Assembly (NCBI GenBank): GCA_030704615.1
Contig: CM060732.1
Span: forward strand, 59,024,001-59,088,000
DNA length: 64,000 nucleotides
Source: Takakia lepidozioides
Taxonomy: Eukaryota > Plantae > Bryophyta
Direction: 5' to 3'
Shown in pieces: positions 63,133-64,000 of this stretch (position 1 is its first letter; the number at the start of each line of letters is the position of its first letter). The translations under genes and the position numbers were made by a program. The notes below the pieces were generated by a model. The model was not told the DNA's origin, ran no database searches, and saw nothing but the letters and a program-made list of their open reading frames with translations.

Positions 63133-64000
63133 AGCAACACCGCTTTTCTGCACTGTGACACTCCTAATCACTGAACATGGAGAGAATCCTCAGAATTGCA
63201 AAACCCACAGAACACAAAAAGCATGGAGAGACTGACAGGCCTTCCAGCACTCCCAATGCGTAAAACAGACAGCTGAACACCACCCACAATCTCAAATTGA
63301 ACTCAATTTCATCACAGACTTGAATCTTGCTGAAGGAAGGGGATCCGGGCCCATATGCAAGCACGCCCTGCAAGCCTGCCAAACCTAGCTATGAGTGATC
63401 TATTCTCCGCATTCCTGTCTACCCACGTGTCGCTTACCAAAGACAACAACAAGCGCAAAACGAGATGCAGGGTCCCTGCAGCTTCAAAGACACGTGGCAT
63501 GGACTCTGTGCAGCTTCCCCCATTATTTTATTATTTTATTTTTATTTATCATCATTTTTAAAAAGAAAACTGGTCTGCCATATGGGGCTCAATTTGGATC
63601 AAATCACGGCCTACACAGATCACAGCATTCCTTTGGCAAGTTCTAAACATGGTGCTTAAAGTGGGAGAATGGCTGCAATTCCAGGCAGCTCTTCTACGTG
63701 CTTGTTGTGCAGCTAGTATCATGCAGTCAATAGAGCACTACCGATATGGCCATCCCTGAAAGGGGGCAGTAGCTGCAAGGTGAAGTGGCTCTTACTTATG
63801 CCGGCTTCGGGCCGGAGTGATCTTCAAACTCTCTCTCTAGAACACTACCTCCTCTTTTGTCATGCCCAAGCTAGAGTCTCAGGCTGGCCTTTGGTGAAGG
63901 TATTTTACCGCCATTGAAATCAAAGACACTATCATCTATAGACATACTTACTCCTTAACTATAATACAGTCACCAAGCAAAGGTCTCTGAACTGTCCAGT

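Overview
Repeat-dense eukaryotic nuclear DNA, most likely from a non-seed land plant (spliceosomal GT-AG introns, chloroplast-targeted genes, a Tcn1-like chromovirus), with a 500-N gap at 41953-42452. About 1-53 kb is nested, mostly decayed transposons: Ty3/gypsy LTR elements (a full-length chromovirus at 19235-24908, a Tcn1-like element, Tat/Athila-like pieces with a long extra 3' ORF), a CACTA/CMC-type transposase, and scattered host-gene fragments (GDSL lipase, DNAJC17-like, CcdA, M18 aspartyl aminopeptidase). An ~8.1 kb block is tandemly duplicated (4877-12918 / 12934-21043), possibly an assembly artefact. Two apparently intact host genes lie at the right end: thylakoid lumenal 19 kDa PsbP-like protein and an intronless NAD(P)-binding Rossmann protein. 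The most notable feature is a large DNA-transposon family with a GAGGTTTAC terminus and a GCM-like/Sola2-like transposase. It carries a spliced gene fusing a ParB/Srx-like domain to a prokaryote-type beta-class (N6_N4_Mtase-like) DNA amino-methyltransferase with an atypical D[IL]PDG motif. Three diverged paralogues are present. Two different 26-32 bp palindromes (one shared by paralogues A and B, one in C) occur in spaced arrays and inside the gene's introns, an arrangement reminiscent of parS. All family assignments come from motif recognition; no searches were run.
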